DNA of 58,341 nt, from assembly GCA_963748825.1 (NCBI GenBank), contig CAVVKN010000011.1, positions 1 to 58,341 of the forward strand, in the 5' to 3' direction. Of this stretch, positions 30,023 to 40,001 are shown piece by piece. The translations under genes and the position numbers were made by a program. The stretch's first letter is position 1, and every line of letters starts with the position of its first letter. Below the pieces are notes generated by a model, which was given only the letters and a program-made list of their open reading frames with translations, made no database searches and had not been told where the DNA came from. Source of the DNA: Methanotrichaceae archaeon (GTDB lineage: Archaea; Halobacteriota; Methanosarcinia; Methanotrichales; Methanotrichaceae).

Positions 30023-30880
30023 TTGATATTAAAGGAAGACATTCGTCCGCAAAAAAGTGCTTGCTTTCTAGAGGCTACGATGACTATTCCATTGATCGAT
30101 ACCGATACGGGCATGGTCAAGAGGCATGAAGCATCTTCTTGCCGGATGACAGATGGGGCAGAGTGCTCTCGCTTCGATATGAAATTCCTGCAAGCAGGCT
30201 CTTTGCCGGACTTATTGAGCCTGCAAAGCGTCATCGCTGCAAATCTTACCTGCCCGGAGATCTTCATGCTGCATGATGAAAAATACTTGCTGGAAATCCT
30301 CCGCCTCGATCGCTCGGTTATCGGTGTGACAACCGAGGACGGGCTGATTGCTTACAGCATCATTCGCATTCCCGGCCTTGCCGATGACAACCTGGGCTGG
30401 GACATAAATCTGCCGGAAGAGGAGCTAACTAAAGTTGCCCATCTCCAGGCGGCGGCAGTCCACCCTGCCTATCGCGGCAATGGTCTGCAGCGAAAGCTCA
30501 CTTCTGCACATATGCATGTGATTGAAGAACTGGGATACGAGCACGTCTGCTGCACAGTATCTCCCAAAAATCCCATAAGCCTCGCCAATTATCTCTCCTA
30601 TGGACTGATGATTGAGGGGCTGCACCCTAAGCTGAACGGCTGGTGCAGATATATTTTGCATAAAAATATTTTGCGTCCAAATTTCATCAATATGGGAGGA
30701 CCAGAAGACAAGGTTAAGTCAAGAGATCAGGAAGAATCAAGAGTTTGCAGAAACGAAATCAAAATTCAAATCTCGGACATCGAAGGTCAATTTGATCTCT
30801 TGAAAAGAGGCTTCAATGGCTTCAAGATTGCAATCCTTCCCGATGACGCAGAAGTATTCTACGCAAAGTTCTATTTCTAA
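30023..30880 (+). CDS. GNAT-family acetyltransferase
   Basis: AVHPAYRGNGLQRKL acetyl-CoA motif, TVSPKNPISL; start may be ATG 30080. Confidence 0.8.
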   Translation: MILKEDIRPQKSACFLEATMTIPLIDTDTGMVKRHEASSCRMTDGAECSRFDMKFLQAGSLPDLLSLQSVIAANLTCPEIFMLHDEKYLLEILRLDRSVIGVTTEDGLIAYSIIRIPGLADDNLGWDINLPEEELTKVAHLQAAAVHPAYRGNGLQRKLTSAHMHVIEELGYEHVCCTVSPKNPISLANYLSYGLMIEGLHPKLNGWCRYILHKNILRPNFINMGGPEDKVKSRDQEESRVCRNEIKIQISDIEGQFDLLKRGFNGFKIAILPDDAEVFYAKFYF

Positions 30881-31023
30881 AAGCCAATTTAAATTAAAGA
30901 CCATAAAACTATTTGCTTATTTTTTACTAAACGCAATCCCCCATAGCTTGCAAACTTGGATTGCACTGTAATAAAGAAGAAAAGGCAGAGCCGGATACCC
31001 AACCTGGCTCTGAATGCTTGGCT

Positions 31024-31431
31024 TTAAGCGGTGATCTTGCTCTTGGCGATGTACTTGATGAGGGCCGGGCCGAGTCTTGCCTTCTTCTGAACCTGGCTGG
31101 CCAGATCCTCCATGGCAGCGCCGCTGGCCACCAGGGAACTGATCTCCGCCAAGGTGCTATCATCTACGGTAAAGTACTCGTCCAGGTCCTTTCTGTGGCC
31201 CCAAACATCTCCTTCCAATAGTTCAATGCCCTGCATGTCCAGGAATACCTGGATGGCATTGGACATTGTCTTGTGATAGGACGGGGGCACCTGAATCATT
31301 CGCAGCCTGGGGCATCTTTGCATCAAGCTGAGGAAGTCTACATTGCTGGCGCGAAAAGCCAGGTGAACCATCTTCTCATTGGGATTGAGATTTGGAATCT
31401 CATTTTTTGAGCTAACTACTCTAAGTCTCAT
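31024..31431 (-). CDS. DUF1699 family protein
   Basis: MRLRVVSSKNEI..VHLAFRASN..GDVWGHRKDLDEY. Confidence 0.88.
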   Translation of the reverse strand: MRLRVVSSKNEIPNLNPNEKMVHLAFRASNVDFLSLMQRCPRLRMIQVPPSYHKTMSNAIQVFLDMQGIELLEGDVWGHRKDLDEYFTVDDSTLAEISSLVASGAAMEDLASQVQKKARLGPALIKYIAKSKITA

Positions 31432-31750
31432 TTAATTCTCCTATTTGCTAAAGAATATTCCATAGTATTAATAGACACTTTAGGTGTACACATGTGTACA
31501 GAAAGATATCTATGGACCATACACATGTTTACAAAAAAAATCCATTGGCCGTTTGAGGTACTAAATTTGACAAAAATGAGATTAAATTAGAATATTAGAT
31601 GGCATATATCTCATGCCAATTGCAAGAGACACAACAGAGAGGAGCCTTCCGTTTTGCCGTAAATTTTACAACGATGGCCAAGAAATTATCTTATTAATAG
31701 CTGTCGCTATATCAGGTGAACTATTGGCAATAATAGAATCTAAATAGCTA

Positions 31751-31915
31751 TCAAAGATGGGGAAGTATTTCCGGGCCTTCGGTCTCTCCCTTAAGCGTTT
31801 TCATCTTAACCATATCTCTGAGGTGCACCTTCAATTCTGCGGCATCTGTTGGATTGATCTCAACATTAAGCTCGAAGTCCCTCCCCGGGAGCGAGGGACT
31901 GTGGCGTATCGTGTA
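31751..31915 (-). pseudogene. Fragment of molybdopterin-dinucleotide-binding domain (formate dehydrogenase alpha-like C-terminus)
   Basis: TIRHSPSL...VEINPTDAAELKVHLRDMVKMKTLKGET; no start codon. Confidence 0.65.
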
Positions 31916-32020
31916 GCCGCAGTTTAGCCGCTGTTAACTTTCTGATTTCCAACAATAATAGGAGAGGGTGAACCAAAAGGACGAGAAATTATTATTACCT
32001 ATTCCAGCATATTCTCCCTT

Positions 32021-33736
32021 GTGAAAAACCGCGAGGTCGCCGCCCTTCTTTACGAGATTGCAGAGCTGTTGGAGCTGCACGCCGAGAACCGCTTCAAGAT
32101 CATAGCCTTCAGCAAAGCCGCCCGAGCCATCGAATCTTTGCCGGAGGACATTAATCGGGTCTGCCGGGAGAAGAGACTGCAGTCCATTCCCGGAGTGGGG
32201 AAAGCCATTGCCCAGAAGGTGGAAGAATACCTCAGAACCGGCCAAATTCAGGCTCATCAGGAGCTTTTGGCCCAGACTCCCCCTGGCCTGGCCCAGCTTC
32301 TCCAGATATCGGGCCTGGGCCCCAAGACCATTTTTATGCTGCACGAGAAGCTGAACATAACCAACCTGGAAGAGCTGGAGAAGGCGGCTAAAGAGCATCG
32401 CATCAGAAGGCTTCCCAGAATGGGGCCGACGCGCGAAACAAATATTCTAAAATCTATTGAAAGGTACAGAAAACGCAGCACTAGAATTCTCTTCAGCACA
32501 GCCGAGCCCATTGTAAACGATATTTTGGCCTATCTGCGAGGCATGGAAGGCTTGGAGCACATCACCGCTGCAGGCAGCTTTCGCCGGGCGCGGGAAACCG
32601 TAGGCGACATTGATATCCTGGCTACTGCCAGCAGGCCGGAGGAGATCGTTGCCGCCTTCGTGCGCATGCCTTTGGTGCAGGAGGTGCTGGCCAAAGGCCC
32701 CACCAAGGCCAGCGTCATAGTGCAAGAAACGATTCAGGTGGATCTGAGAATTGTGGAGCACCGATCTTATGGCACAGTGCTGCAATATTTTACCGGCTCC
32801 AAGGAGCATAACGTCCGGCTTCGTCAACTGGCTCTCAATCGCGGCTACTCCCTGAGCGAGTACTCCCTCACCCGTCTTTCGGACAGCCAGGACCTGTTCT
32901 TTGATCAAGAGGAGGAGGTCTATGCAGCTTTGGGGCTGCCCTACATTCCTCCCGAGATGAGAGAAGACCGCGGGGAGATTGAGGCTGCTTTGCAGGGAAG
33001 GCTGCCCAGACTGGTGGAGCTTAAAGATGTGCGTGGCGATCTGCATGTTCACAGCAACTGGTCGGACGGAAGGGCTTCCATTCTGGAGATGGCCCATGCC
33101 GCCCAGGCTCTGGGCTACGAGTACATTGCTCTTTGCGACCATTCCCCCTCGGTTGGCATTGCCGGTGGACTGCCTCCCGAGAAGCTGGAGCAGAAGATCG
33201 AGGCCATAGCTTCTGCCAATGAGGAGCTAGAGGGCATCACAGTTCTGGCAGGAACGGAGGTTGACATTAAGGCCGATGGCAAATTGGACTATTCTGACGA
33301 TCTCCTGGCCAGATGTGATGTGGTGGTGGCTTCAGTGCACATGGGCCAGCAGCAGACGGAAAGGGCCATAACGGGGAGGCTGATCTCGGCTATAGAAAAC
33401 GAGAATGTGGACATAATTGGCCACCCCACCGGAAGGATAATCGATCAGCGCGAGCCATATGAAGTGGATATGCAGGCGGTCTTGGAGGCGGCGGCCAGAA
33501 CGAAGACGACCCTGGAGATAAATTCCTATCCCAGCCGCCTGGACCTGAGCGACGTCAATGCCAAAGCTGCTAAAGAGATGGGAATAAAGATGAGCATAAA
33601 TTCCGATGCTCATGATGCAGAGCAGCTCCTGACTATGAAGTACGGCGTGAATGTAGCCAGGCGGGCCTGGCTGGAGAAGAATGACGTGCTTAACACCTTA
33701 TCCCTAAAGGAGCTGCTATTGGTGCTGAAGCGCTAA
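32021..33736 (+). CDS. polX: DNA polymerase X / PHP 3'-5' exonuclease
   Basis: IPGVGKAIA HhH, AGSFRR..TVGDIDIL, YFTGSKEHN, GDLHVHSNWSDG, INSDAH. Confidence 0.95.
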   Translation: MKNREVAALLYEIAELLELHAENRFKIIAFSKAARAIESLPEDINRVCREKRLQSIPGVGKAIAQKVEEYLRTGQIQAHQELLAQTPPGLAQLLQISGLGPKTIFMLHEKLNITNLEELEKAAKEHRIRRLPRMGPTRETNILKSIERYRKRSTRILFSTAEPIVNDILAYLRGMEGLEHITAAGSFRRARETVGDIDILATASRPEEIVAAFVRMPLVQEVLAKGPTKASVIVQETIQVDLRIVEHRSYGTVLQYFTGSKEHNVRLRQLALNRGYSLSEYSLTRLSDSQDLFFDQEEEVYAALGLPYIPPEMREDRGEIEAALQGRLPRLVELKDVRGDLHVHSNWSDGRASILEMAHAAQALGYEYIALCDHSPSVGIAGGLPPEKLEQKIEAIASANEELEGITVLAGTEVDIKADGKLDYSDDLLARCDVVVASVHMGQQQTERAITGRLISAIENENVDIIGHPTGRIIDQREPYEVDMQAVLEAAARTKTTLEINSYPSRLDLSDVNAKAAKEMGIKMSINSDAHDAEQLLTMKYGVNVARRAWLEKNDVLNTLSLKELLLVLKR

Positions 33737-33772
33737 AACGAAGAGCCATGAAAGGCTTATTAACGGGGGAAG

Positions 33773-34036
33773 GTGAAGCTAGGCTTTATGATGAGAATTA
33801 ACAACCAAGCCAAAGTCGGGCTGGTAACTGTTGTCTGTCTCCTTTGCCAGGGTTATATCTTCTCTTTCATCTTGAGGGTGGAGCCCCATCCATTGATAGC
33901 CTTTTTGCCGCTTCTCCCCTATATTGCCTACATTTATGCTCGCGCAAGTAGAACATGGTATTTTAATAGGCCTCTTTACTGGATGTCAGGAATAATCGCT
34001 TTGACTGCGCTGGATATAATGCCCTTTGTCTTATAA
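33773..34036 (+). CDS. Small membrane protein (3 TM)
   Basis: 87 aa, hydrophobic. Confidence 0.65.
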   Translation: MKLGFMMRINNQAKVGLVTVVCLLCQGYIFSFILRVEPHPLIAFLPLLPYIAYIYARASRTWYFNRPLYWMSGIIALTALDIMPFVL

Positions 34037-34077
34037 CCATCCAGAAAAAGAATCCGCAGCGAGCTGAAAAATGCTCG

Positions 34078-34321
34078 GGTCCCATCACCCATTTTGCCAA
34101 AGTCCTCAAGCACGACAGGGGGATTTGCCACAGTGCACCTGGTGGGGCCGGTGCACCTGCTGCAGGGGCTGCCTGCGCCCGAGGACATCGGCATCTGCAT
34201 GGTGGCCACCTTCGAGGGCACGGTGAGCAGGGGGGAGAAGGTCGGAGGTAGGCGATACGGTGCGATTTCTGCCCGAGCTACTCCGTGATGCAAAAGGTGC
34301 ACTCCGGCATAGTAGTTCATT
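34078..34321 (+). pseudogene. Decayed fragment of a methanogen Fe-S-type conserved gene, copy A
   Basis: PITHFAKVLK / TVHLVGPVH..DIGICMVATFEG..MQKVHSG with frameshifts; ~170 bp repeated at 35613-35785. Confidence 0.6.
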
Positions 34322-34355
34322 CAGAAGGAAACCGGTTAAGAATAGAAGCTATTGA

Positions 34356-34433
34356 GAATATGCTCAATAGGCTGTGGAGGACTTGCTCCGCATAAGGAGT
34401 TGGGACAACCTTGGCATCGAGCAGCTCCCAGAT
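34356..34433 (-). mobile_element. 3' end and TIR of an IS66-family element (same family as 42623-44941)
   Basis: 34360-34433 matches 42627-42700 at 72/74 nt; TIR GAATATGCTCAATA. Confidence 0.85.
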
Positions 34434-34794
34434 TCGTTTGGCAGTAAGTCGCTGTTTTCGGGGATGTTCGAGGTTCGACTCAAGATACTGGTGGATCTTC
34501 TGGCGGACTGTTTCAGTGAGGATGCTCGAGGGCTGGATGATTTTCCTGTTCTTGGGCAGGATTTCATCAGTCGCTCCATTCTGTACATCTTTGACTCGAT
34601 GTACGTATTTTTTTACTGTGTTCTTGGATATGTCCAGTTTGCGGGCTACTTCTTTGTAAGAATCACGGAGTTCGTACAAATCGACGATTCTACGTATATC
34701 TGCCATCGTTTTCACCTTCGTGCCCACCTCTCTGAATACTTGGAAAGAGGAGGCTTTCCTTATTGGGGGGGTCAAAATTGAGTCGGCGAAAACA
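34423..34794 (-). mobile_element. IS21-family 5' end with truncated istA
   Basis: TIR TGTTTTCGCCGACTCAATTTTGACCCC at 34794; HTH SYKEVARKLDISKNTVKKY and PRKQRLTAKRIWELL. Confidence 0.85.
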
Positions 34795-34924
34795 CCTTAG
34801 AGCCGGACGGCGGGTATGCTGATGGAGATGCCTTGACGGGTGCATTTAGCGAGCTATGCGCAAATGAGGCGGAACCGCGGCCAAATTTAGAGAGACTTCG
34901 GGCTTTAGTCAAAGGTGAGGAAAC

Positions 34925-35092
34925 ATGATCGGACTAGACGAAACCGACAAGAGGCTTAAAGCCATTAGAGATAAATTAATTGAGGATTATAAAATAAAAC
35001 TGATAGAAACATGGGAATATAGCGGCAAGGGCGGCGGCTCTAAGGTTGCTCCGATCAGGAGAAAATCCAAACCAAAGAAATACCAGGTCTAA
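34925..35092 (+). CDS. Small hypothetical protein (55 aa)
   Basis: GGTGAGG RBS, ATG, MIGLDETDKRLKAIRDKLIEDY... Confidence 0.35.
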   Translation: MIGLDETDKRLKAIRDKLIEDYKIKLIETWEYSGKGGGSKVAPIRRKSKPKKYQV

Positions 35093-35158
35093 GACTGAAC
35101 TTGAAATCAAGAAATGGATACAATTTAGAAAGCAAGCCGGGAAAATCTGATAAAAAGT

Positions 35159-35464
35159 TTAGGCAATTATTTCTCTTAGTTCTCCCATATCGAATTTTTG
35201 ACCGGTTTTTATTTCTATACAATGTTGTACAATGCGTGAAGATAATTCAATCCAAATTTCATCATTTGTTAATCTAGATTTACCAGGAGCGTCTTTGAGA
35301 TTGCGAGCTGCATGGTATATATGTTTGAGAAATTCTACCTCAGGCAAGTCCTCATTCGTGATATCTTCACCTAATAGCCCCAAACATATCTTAACCTGAT
35401 CCTTTTCTTTTTCGTCTAACATTTTTTTTTCCACATCCATATCCTTTATAGATGGTTGCCCCAT
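35159..35464 (-). CDS. Hypothetical protein (AT-rich)
   Basis: 101 aa ORF with ATG start. Confidence 0.55.
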   Translation of the reverse strand: MGQPSIKDMDVEKKMLDEKEKDQVKICLGLLGEDITNEDLPEVEFLKHIYHAARNLKDAPGKSRLTNDEIWIELSSRIVQHCIEIKTGQKFDMGELREIIA

Positions 35465-35612
35465 GAGTTTATCTTATTATTGGTCCGACTTATTCCTAAG
35501 GAAAACTTGGTACAGAACGACATTCGTGTATCGGAATAGTTTATATCCTATGAATAATCTGTGCTGGCCCGTCAGACGAGTAATTCCGGGTGAGCCATCA
35601 GGCTAACGCGGA

Positions 35613-35810
35613 GTGCACCTGCTGCAGGGGCTGCCTGCGCCGGAGGAAATCGGCATCTGCATGGTGGCCGCCTTCGAGGGCACGGTGAGCAGGGGGGAGA
35701 AAGCCGGAGGTAGGCGAGACGGTGCGCTTTCTGCCCAAGCTTACTCCATGATGCAAAAGGTGCACTCGGGAGTGGTGGTGCACTTAGAGGGGACGTCGGT
35801 GCGGATCTAA
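35613..35810 (+). pseudogene. Decayed fragment of the same Fe-S-type gene, copy B
   Basis: VHLLQGLPAPEEIGICMVAAFEGTVSRG...MMQKVHSGVVVHLEGTSVRI. Confidence 0.6.
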
Positions 35811-35900
35811 GGGGCGATCTGGAAGCATGCTAGATTAGAGCGAAAATATCATGGGCCAAAACTCTTTATGGACGAAACCCAATCATATTAAGCGATTAGC

Positions 35901-36173
35901 ATGGCTAAATTATTAGGTGAGATTGGAAAAACCTTCCTGAAATTCAGCTCCGGTACAGGGATTGAGGAGTTCAAACAGGAGTTTTATCTAACGAATTCTG
36001 AGACAGCAGCCTTTCTACGAGATCTGGCCCAGCAGATTGAAACAGGAGGCAAGGTTGAAGTAGCCTATGGTAGCTTATCCCTCTCGATTAATCCCGCACC
36101 CCCTATCAAGCTTGAAGTGGAATACGAGAAAAATGAGCTTGAGATTGAGATAAAGATTAAGGAGATGCCCTGA
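35901..36173 (+). CDS. Amphi-Trp domain-like protein
   Basis: ETAAFLRDLAQQIETG...LEVEYE..ELEIEIK pattern. Confidence 0.7.
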   Translation: MAKLLGEIGKTFLKFSSGTGIEEFKQEFYLTNSETAAFLRDLAQQIETGGKVEVAYGSLSLSINPAPPIKLEVEYEKNELEIEIKIKEMP

Positions 36174-36346
36174 AATTTCGTCAATACACTTCTCAGAAAA
36201 GCTTTTCCCCTTAAAGCACCTGAATCAATGAAATAGTTGCCAAAGAGCCCCCGGGTGATCAATCATAATGCATCACATATCTGAGAAAATTGATCGAGCA
36301 AAAGAATGAGAAAGGGCTTGTGCAGCCCTGTCGCCAATAAACTCGA

Positions 36347-36832
36347 TTAGCTTATAATCTCGTAGCTATCTTTGTGCGGATTGATGAGCAGCCTTTCTGC
36401 AATCTCCCTGGCTGCCATCTGCGCTTCCGGCTTGAGCGTATCGAAGTACAGCTTCCAGACGGTAGCCTTCTTCACATCCACCACATTCTCGAAGCCCAGG
36501 CGGCTTCGCAAGCGCTCTCGGATGGAGATGGCCTCGCCGTCCTCGATGTGCAGGGCGACCTTGACCGGCACGTAGCCCTCTTCAAACTTAAGCTCGTCGA
36601 TAAGAACTATGTGGCTCTCCTTGTTCTCGTTGACCAGTTCCTTGGCAAAGCTCTTGGCCAGCTCCTCTGGATCGCCTGAATCAACCTCGATGCTGAACAA
36701 GCGCTCCTTCTTGACATCGGCCAGGACATTGCCGAAGCCCAGGCGCCGGATAAGCGTGTTCTTAACGGTGGCTGCCTCGGCATCGGGGATCTTCAGCCAC
36801 ACGCGCAGATTTATCTTCTGGTTCATGCTCAT
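36347..36832 (-). CDS. purS: FGAM synthase subunit PurS (tandem two-domain form)
   Basis: Two repeats of D.EA..I/V...L..RLGF.NV..VKK ... LV/IN..K.S; overlaps the purQ stop. Confidence 0.8.
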   Translation of the reverse strand: MSMNQKINLRVWLKIPDAEAATVKNTLIRRLGFGNVLADVKKERLFSIEVDSGDPEELAKSFAKELVNENKESHIVLIDELKFEEGYVPVKVALHIEDGEAISIRERLRSRLGFENVVDVKKATVWKLYFDTLKPEAQMAAREIAERLLINPHKDSYEIIS

Positions 36833-37671
36833 GCGTTCACCTCGATGTAGCGCTTCATAGATTCGAATACCCTTCTGCCAGGTCCGGGCTCATCGGGCCG
36901 CTGCTTTCTCGGATCGAAGGCAGGAAGCTGCCAGGCGAAAAAGGCCCTCTCCGGGTGAGGCATCATGCCCAGGACATTTCCCTGCTCATTGCAGATGGCC
37001 GCTATGCTTTCTGTGCTGCCGTTCACATTGAATGGAAACTCGTTTATGATCCGCCCGTTCTTGTCGCAGTATCGGAAGACAACCTGACCCTCATCGTTAA
37101 GCTTTTTCATGAGGCCAGGGGTAGTAGTGACCAGATTTCCCTCGCCATGGGCGATGGGGATCTTGAGCAGCGCTCCTCTCTCGATGGCAAAAGAGCCGCC
37201 ACACCTTCTGGGAGGCGCTTCGTGCCGAAGATTTACCCAGTCGCAGTAGTAGCCCCTCCGCACAATCTTTCCCTGGGAGACCATCACGTTTTGGGCCAGG
37301 GCCATGTCCACTTTTCCACTGCCCTTTTCGCACCACTCTCTGCTCTCCTCTCCGCTGCCATTAAAGTTGCCGGGAAGAAGCCCAGTCTCCACCAGAATCT
37401 GAAATCCATTGCAGATGCCGATGATGGGCTTCCCCTTACAAGCCTCTTCTTTCAAGGCGCTCATGACCGGTTCTTTAGAGGCTATAACTCCAGCACGAAG
37501 CCGGTCCTGATAGGAGAAGCCTCCCGGTATGACAAATCCGTCAAAGCCGGACAGCTCGCCTGCAGGCCGGTTCCAGCGAAAGATTTCGCCGTCCATGCCG
37601 ACTGCTTTCACAGCCACCAGGGTCTCAAACTCGCAGTTCGTACCCGGAAACTGCAAAACTGCTATCTTCAT
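36829..37671 (-). CDS. purQ: FGAM synthase glutaminase subunit PurQ
   Basis: FPGTNCE, PGGFSYQD, GICNGFQIL, PIAHGEG, GMMPHPER. Confidence 0.96.
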   Translation of the reverse strand: MKIAVLQFPGTNCEFETLVAVKAVGMDGEIFRWNRPAGELSGFDGFVIPGGFSYQDRLRAGVIASKEPVMSALKEEACKGKPIIGICNGFQILVETGLLPGNFNGSGEESREWCEKGSGKVDMALAQNVMVSQGKIVRRGYYCDWVNLRHEAPPRRCGGSFAIERGALLKIPIAHGEGNLVTTTPGLMKKLNDEGQVVFRYCDKNGRIINEFPFNVNGSTESIAAICNEQGNVLGMMPHPERAFFAWQLPAFDPRKQRPDEPGPGRRVFESMKRYIEVNA

Positions 37672-40001
37672 CTCATCGCCTCCACCAGGCCTGCCGTCCA
37701 AGCATTCCTCGCGCCGTCCAGGTCCAGGTCGGCCACAGACTCGCCTGCTCTCGACATCACAATCCGTCTCTTGCTTGTTACCTGACCGATCTGCATCGGC
37801 TCCAGATTATAGCTCTTGAGGATCTCCACCAGCCGGGCTTCGCTACCGGCTTTTGCCTCCAGGACAAAACCGGAGGACTCGGAAAACAGCAGCTTGTCGG
37901 TCCTCATGCCGGGATCTCCGCCCTGTACCAAATCCAAATCCAGCTTCACTCCGAATCGGGCCGGCCGGGTGAGGGCCATCTCGGCCACGCTTGCTGCCAG
38001 GCCGCCGTTGGAGATATCGTGGGCCGCGGCCAGGAGGCCTTCGTCTATGGCATCGATAACGGCGTAGATCATATTTCTCTCCATATCGAAGCGAACTATG
38101 GGCACGTTGGCGCCCGTCACTCCTAGAATGGTTCTGTAGTACTCGGACCCTCCCAGCTCGTCAAACCTGGGCCCGATCAAAAATAGCTTGTCGCCGGCTT
38201 TCTTCAGTTCCATGGTGATGGCTTTACTGAAATCCTTCATGATGCCAACGCAGGCCACTACGGGCGACGGGTCGACGGAACCTTGCGGCGATTCGTTGTA
38301 GAAGCTGACGTTCCCGGAGACAATTGGAACAGGCTGCTGCTGGGCTTCGTAGCCCTTGAGGTACAGTTGTTTGCAGGACTCGGCCAGGCCCTTCACGCCC
38401 TCTCGAAACTCCCAGAAGGCCTCCGGTTTTTCAGGATTGCCGTAGTTGAGACAGTCTGTGAGAGTAGAGGGAACAGCGCCGATGGCAGCCACATTTCGCA
38501 TGGCTTCGGCCACAGCCGTAGCTCCTCCCCAGTAGGGGCTGATGCGCCCGTAGAAGGGATTGCTATCCACTGCCAGGGCCACTCCAAACTTTTCGCCTCG
38601 CACCGGAGCGATCAGGCCGGCGTCCGCCTCTCCCGGCCGGATTACGGCATTTCCCATGACCTCTGTATCGTAGTAGCGGTAGACGTGCTCTCTTGAGGCG
38701 ATGTTGGGAGATCTCAGGATCTTGAGCAGCACCTCATTGTAGTCCGTCGGCTCTGCCGCATCCGGCTCGGTCAGACTGATGATGCGCGGCGTTTCCTCGC
38801 GCTGGTAGCGGATGCCTTGCGTCAAATGCTGGATGGGCACATCGCAGACCATCTCACCTTTATGCGTGACTGTAAAGCGATCGCCGGTATTGATCTTTCC
38901 GACAACGCTGGCCCGAGCCCCCTCGTAGACATTGGGCAGGTCCCAGTCCTCGTTGTAGATCTTGAGAATCTTCTCGCGCAGTTCCGGGGGCGAGACGATG
39001 AGGAAGCGCTCCTGGGTCTCGGCGATGCTCAGCACCTCGGCGGGAAAGTCGCCCGCTTTATGCATGTCATCCAGGTTGATCTCCATGCCAAAGCCCCCGG
39101 CAGAGCCCATCTCCGATGTGGCGCAGGTGAAGCCGCCGCCTCCCAGGTCCTTGAAGCCGATCTCGATGCCCGACTCGCGGACCAGCCGGAAGAGATCGTC
39201 GTTGGCCTTGAAGAGCACGTTCTTGAGGAAGGGGTCGGGGATCTGCACCGCGCCGCGGTTGGTCTCCTCGTCCTCTTCTCGCAGGGCCTCCGAGGCGAAG
39301 GTGACGCCGCCCAGGCCGCTGGCGTCGGTGGGCTTGCCGATGAGGATTACATCGTAGCCCTTCTCCCCCGCCAGGGGCGGAGCCCGGGAGCGGATGATCT
39401 GGTCGCGCCGGACGATACCTAGCGAGACGACATTGACCAGACAGTTGTCGTCGAAGCTGTCATTGAAGACGATGTCTCCGCCCATGTTGGGAACGCCCAG
39501 AGCATTGCCGTATTGCCAGATTCCGTCCACCACGCCCTCTGCCACCCAGCGAACCTTGCTGGCCTTGGGGCCGTAGGGATTGCCGAAGCGCAGGGGATCG
39601 GCTGTCGCTACAACGGTCGCGCCCATGCAGTTGACATCGCGGACGATGCCGCCGATGCCGGTAGCTGCACCCTCGTTGGGCAGGATCTGGCTGGGGTGGT
39701 TGTGGCTCTCGTGAGAGATGACGACGCACCACTTGTCGTCGATGGCCACGATTCCGGAGTCTTCAACAGGGCCCATAACCACATTGGGGCCGTCGGTAGG
39801 AAGGAATTCTTTGAGGGTGGCGCGAGAGCTCTTGTAGGAGCAGTGCTCGGACCACATGGCATCATAGCAGAATAATTCGGTGAGGGTGGGATCGCGGCCC
39901 AGCACCTCGGCAATGGAGCGCGCCTCGGCAACGGACATGCCAATGCCTGCGCCGCGCAAACTGGCCTCCACTTCAGGATCGGAAAGACCGATTATCTTCA
40001 A
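37668..40001 (-). CDS. purL: FGAM synthase subunit PurL
   Basis: MWSEHCSYKSS, ESHNHPS, GAATGIGGIVRD, DCLNYGNPE, VSGNVSFYN, HDISNGG. Confidence 0.97.
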   Translation of the reverse strand: MKIIGLSDPEVEASLRGAGIGMSVAEARSIAEVLGRDPTLTELFCYDAMWSEHCSYKSSRATLKEFLPTDGPNVVMGPVEDSGIVAIDDKWCVVISHESHNHPSQILPNEGAATGIGGIVRDVNCMGATVVATADPLRFGNPYGPKASKVRWVAEGVVDGIWQYGNALGVPNMGGDIVFNDSFDDNCLVNVVSLGIVRRDQIIRSRAPPLAGEKGYDVILIGKPTDASGLGGVTFASEALREEDEETNRGAVQIPDPFLKNVLFKANDDLFRLVRESGIEIGFKDLGGGGFTCATSEMGSAGGFGMEINLDDMHKAGDFPAEVLSIAETQERFLIVSPPELREKILKIYNEDWDLPNVYEGARASVVGKINTGDRFTVTHKGEMVCDVPIQHLTQGIRYQREETPRIISLTEPDAAEPTDYNEVLLKILRSPNIASREHVYRYYDTEVMGNAVIRPGEADAGLIAPVRGEKFGVALAVDSNPFYGRISPYWGGATAVAEAMRNVAAIGAVPSTLTDCLNYGNPEKPEAFWEFREGVKGLAESCKQLYLKGYEAQQQPVPIVSGNVSFYNESPQGSVDPSPVVACVGIMKDFSKAITMELKKAGDKLFLIGPRFDELGGSEYYRTILGVTGANVPIVRFDMERNMIYAVIDAIDEGLLAAAHDISNGGLAASVAEMALTRPARFGVKLDLDLVQGGDPGMRTDKLLFSESSGFVLEAKAGSEARLVEILKSYNLEPMQIGQVTSKRRIVMSRAGESVADLDLDGARNAWTAGLVEAMR

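Noticed and set aside
34151-35785. Diversity-generating retroelement TR/VR pair
   Set aside because: Differences between the two copies are not adenine-specific and no reverse transcriptase is present
36955-39943. Long antisense ORFs over purQ/purL (and similar shadows over polX, larA, SNF2)
   Set aside because: Shadow frames of GC-rich coding sequence, with no motifs or RBS
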